Below are positions 61,684 through 64,000 of a stretch of 64,000 nucleotides of DNA, piece after piece. The DNA comes from Vulcanimicrobiales bacterium. GTDB lineage: Bacteria > Vulcanimicrobiota > Vulcanimicrobiia > Vulcanimicrobiales > Vulcanimicrobiaceae. The position numbers were made by a program, and so were the translations under genes. Below the pieces are notes generated by a model. That model saw only the letters and a list, made by a program, of their open reading frames with translations, had not been told where the DNA came from and searched no databases. Where the stretch lies: contig JBBRLI010000008.1 of NCBI GenBank assembly GCA_038231455.1, positions 78,931 through 142,930 on the forward strand. Reading direction: 5' to 3'. Every line of letters starts with the position of its first letter. The first letter of the stretch is position 1.

Positions 61684-62715
61684 TCAATGGTGGCTCGCGA
61701 TTGGAACCGTGACGGTCGTTGCGGTCGCAGTGATAGAGACCGGCCCGCCAAGCGAATCGAGGAGGGTGATCGTGCCGCTGCCCGCAGAATTCGGGTAGGC
61801 GTTCAGCACGTTCCCAGCGATGCCGGTTGTCAAGAACGCCGGTGAAGCGGAAATGGTGAACGGTGCTACGCCGCCACTAATCGTAACCGACTGCTGTGCG
61901 GAAACGCCGAGCCCCGAGTTGAAGTTGAGCACGTTTGGGCTGGGCGAGGGGAACGAGACGACGTTAACGACCGCCGGCGAGAGCGTTGCGAGGCCGTCGC
62001 CAATCGTGATATTGCACGTTCCGGCGATTCCGCTCGAATGAATGTGGTAGCCGTCGGGCAGCAAGGTGAGTGTAAGGATCGATGGGGGACACGTTGCCGC
62101 GACGGCATACGCGCCGGTGCCGCCGGTCAGCGCGAGGAGCGCCGTCGCTCCCGGATCGGCGAGCATCGTCACGGTATTGCCCGCCGCGCTTGCGTACAGG
62201 CCGGCAGTGATCGTGTCTGCGAGGGCAGCCGGGAGTGCGAGACTGACCTTGTTTGTGGCGTTAAGATAAATTTGCTGGGTAACGGTCGACGAGACCAGAG
62301 GACTGCCCGTTCCGTTCAACCCCGTGTATGCGATCGCGGTGAACGTGTCGTTCCCGACCGGGACGCTCAGGAGTGTGCTGCACGTGCGTAGCGGGCCGAC
62401 GCCCACGCAAGACAGGCTCGTCGCCGACGTATCGAGGTTGAATGGGGAACCCGCTACCGGCGTACTCGTCGAGTCAAGGACGGCGATTCGAACCGACATC
62501 GTCCCAACCGGAATCGCTTGAGCGCGTCGAGCCGCGTTTTTGGAGCTTGAACTCGACACTTGCACGGAGAACGAAACGGCGACGGTATCTGGATTTTTTG
62601 GCGGCAGTATAGGAGCAGATAACGATCCGCCGCCGTTCGCCACTCCAGCGGCGCACGCGGGAAGAAGCACTGTTAGAAGTGCTGCCAGTCCTTTATTTCG
62701 CGGGTATCTGCTCAC
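61684..62715 (-). CDS. Ser/Thr/Gly-rich surface lipoprotein, paralog-like to its neighbour
   Basis: LPAC lipobox-like; similar C-x7/8-C segment. Confidence 0.7.
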   Translation of the reverse strand: MSRYPRNKGLAALLTVLLPACAAGVANGGGSLSAPILPPKNPDTVAVSFSVQVSSSSSKNAARRAQAIPVGTMSVRIAVLDSTSTPVAGSPFNLDTSATSLSCVGVGPLRTCSTLLSVPVGNDTFTAIAYTGLNGTGSPLVSSTVTQQIYLNATNKVSLALPAALADTITAGLYASAAGNTVTMLADPGATALLALTGGTGAYAVAATCPPSILTLTLLPDGYHIHSSGIAGTCNITIGDGLATLSPAVVNVVSFPSPSPNVLNFNSGLGVSAQQSVTISGGVAPFTISASPAFLTTGIAGNVLNAYPNSAGSGTITLLDSLGGPVSITATATTVTVPIASHH

Positions 62716-62913
62716 CCGACCGCCTCCGAATTGGCTTCACGATGGCCGGATCATCGGCAAAAAAATTGCCTGATAAAGCGTGCCGCTGCTTCCTATTGCG
62801 TGAGAGAGATAAGGTCCCTTTCCAACAGCATCGCGCGCCTGCACATGTGCGCGGAATCACTTGACCGCTATGGTTACCATAACCGGCTTGCTCGTTTGCC
62901 GGCTTGCCCTGTG

Positions 62914-63471
62914 TTAGCCGTTTTCGGCGAGGAAATCGAGCACGGTATAGATGCTCGCGACGTGCGAGTTGACGTTGATGCGGCCATCGCGGACCATCGC
63001 GCGCAGATCCGCCAGCGTGACGAGTTCGACGCGGATATCCTCGGTCGCATCGAAGTCCTGTGCCACGCGTACTTCGCAATCACGCGCCAAATACAGATGG
63101 AACCGGCTATCAGAATTGGTCGGATCGGTGATAAACGTCCGGACGAGTTCGAGTGGGCGGTCGCTCATGTAGCCGGTTTCTTCGGCGAGTTCGCGTGCCG
63201 CGCACGCGAGCGGATCCTCACCGGGATCGATGGCCCCCGCGGGAAGCTCCAGGACGTATTCGCCGATTCCGTGTTTGTACTGGTGGACCAGGACAACGCG
63301 GTTATCGGATGTGAGCGCAAAGATGATCGTGAAGCCGTGCGATTCGCGGACGTAGTAGTCCTCGATGATCGTGCCGTCGGGTAGCTCGATACGGTCGCGA
63401 CGCAGACGTAAGAACGGTGTCGCGACGAGATAGTCGGAGTGGAGCGTACGCCACGGCGCGGGTTTGGTCAT
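62914..63471 (-). CDS. NUDIX hydrolase (ADP-ribose pyrophosphatase-like)
   Basis: ELPAG.IDPGE....AARELAEETGY Nudix box. Confidence 0.92.
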   Translation of the reverse strand: MTKPAPWRTLHSDYLVATPFLRLRRDRIELPDGTIIEDYYVRESHGFTIIFALTSDNRVVLVHQYKHGIGEYVLELPAGAIDPGEDPLACAARELAEETGYMSDRPLELVRTFITDPTNSDSRFHLYLARDCEVRVAQDFDATEDIRVELVTLADLRAMVRDGRINVNSHVASIYTVLDFLAENG

Positions 63472-63542
63472 GAAATGGGAATACGACACCGGCGCGCAGA
63501 ATAATTGCCGGAATCCGCGCGCGGCCCAAGGAGCATGGCACG

Positions 63543-63863
63543 ATCGAGACGCTCAAAATTGGCACGCAGTACGACACGACCTACGGAACGCTTTGGAAAG
63601 ACGGCACCTACTTCGCCCGCGGGACGAAGGTAATGATCGTCGGACTCCACCTCGATCAGGGCTTCTGCGTCCGCTTCCCAGCCGACGTCGACGGCGAACC
63701 GCTCGAGACGTGGGAAGATTGGGAAGAGCTCGACTTCCTCGCCGAGGCAGGCTCGATCAGCTCTCCAATCGAGCCGACCGCCGAGGTTCTCGCTGAAGCG
63801 CGCGAAGTGCTCGATGACGCCGAAGACGGCTGTCACCTGCACTTACATGAGGGCGACGACTAG
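63543..63863 (+). CDS. Acidic hypothetical protein; start apparently ATC/ACG
   Basis: Frame is open 30 codons upstream of ATG 63633; AAGGAG at 63528-63533 precedes ACG/ATC. Confidence 0.55.
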   Translation: METLKIGTQYDTTYGTLWKDGTYFARGTKVMIVGLHLDQGFCVRFPADVDGEPLETWEDWEELDFLAEAGSISSPIEPTAEVLAEAREVLDDAEDGCHLHLHEGDD

Positions 63864-64000
63864 GGCAAGTCTGATTTAATCGACGTTTTTTGCTATAATG
63901 GGATACGATGGCAAACGAGCAAACGTCCTTCGCGAACGTGAACTTCGATCGATATGCGAAGACGACGCGACGAGCAGCTTTTCTCGATGAAATGGATCGC
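63864..64000 (+). mobile_element. Left end of an IS5-family (IS5 subgroup) insertion sequence
   Basis: CTAG target followed by GGCAAGTCTGATTTA terminus; TGcTATAAT promoter; transposase N-terminus. Confidence 0.75.
63908..64000 (+). CDS. IS5-family transposase (N-terminal fragment; runs off the window)
   Basis: MANEQTSFA..KTTRRAAFLDEMDR resembles the IS5-type N-terminus (Q.SFA...K.TRR..FL.EM). Confidence 0.8.
   Translation, partial: MANEQTSFANVNFDRYAKTTRRAAFLDEMDR

Overview
GC-rich, very compact bacterial chromosomal window from an aerobic chlorophototroph. The (bacterio)chlorophyll genes are not in one cluster. They sit on the minus strand in five places over about 50 kb (bchN-bchB-bchG-bchP, bchL, bchH, a bchD/bchI-type chelatase gene, and bchM-acsF), interleaved with housekeeping, transport and DNA-repair genes. 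Gene content and style suggest Eremiobacterota/Vulcanimicrobiota (WPS-2), which is an inference. The main discovery is a palindrome, GGTGAY-N4-RTCACC, upstream of four of the five pigment loci, each time 21-22 nt from a -10-like hexamer (Crp/Fnr class II promoter geometry). A degenerate fifth copy with the same spacing precedes an unusual Crp/Fnr-family regulator near bchM, which has an extra N-terminal helical domain and an NtcA-like RVTVTR helix. Together these suggest an autoregulated photosynthesis regulon that does not use the PpsR box. Other notable items are three genes that appear to need non-canonical start codons (GTA, ATA, ATC/ACG), several small ORFs missed by the ORF track, a stand-alone secreted CuA protein, a CryB/PhrB-type Fe-S photolyase, a papain-family protease with 49 consecutive Asp, a hicAB module, and the left end of an IS5-family element at the window edge. 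All calls come from motif recognition by eye; no database searches were run.
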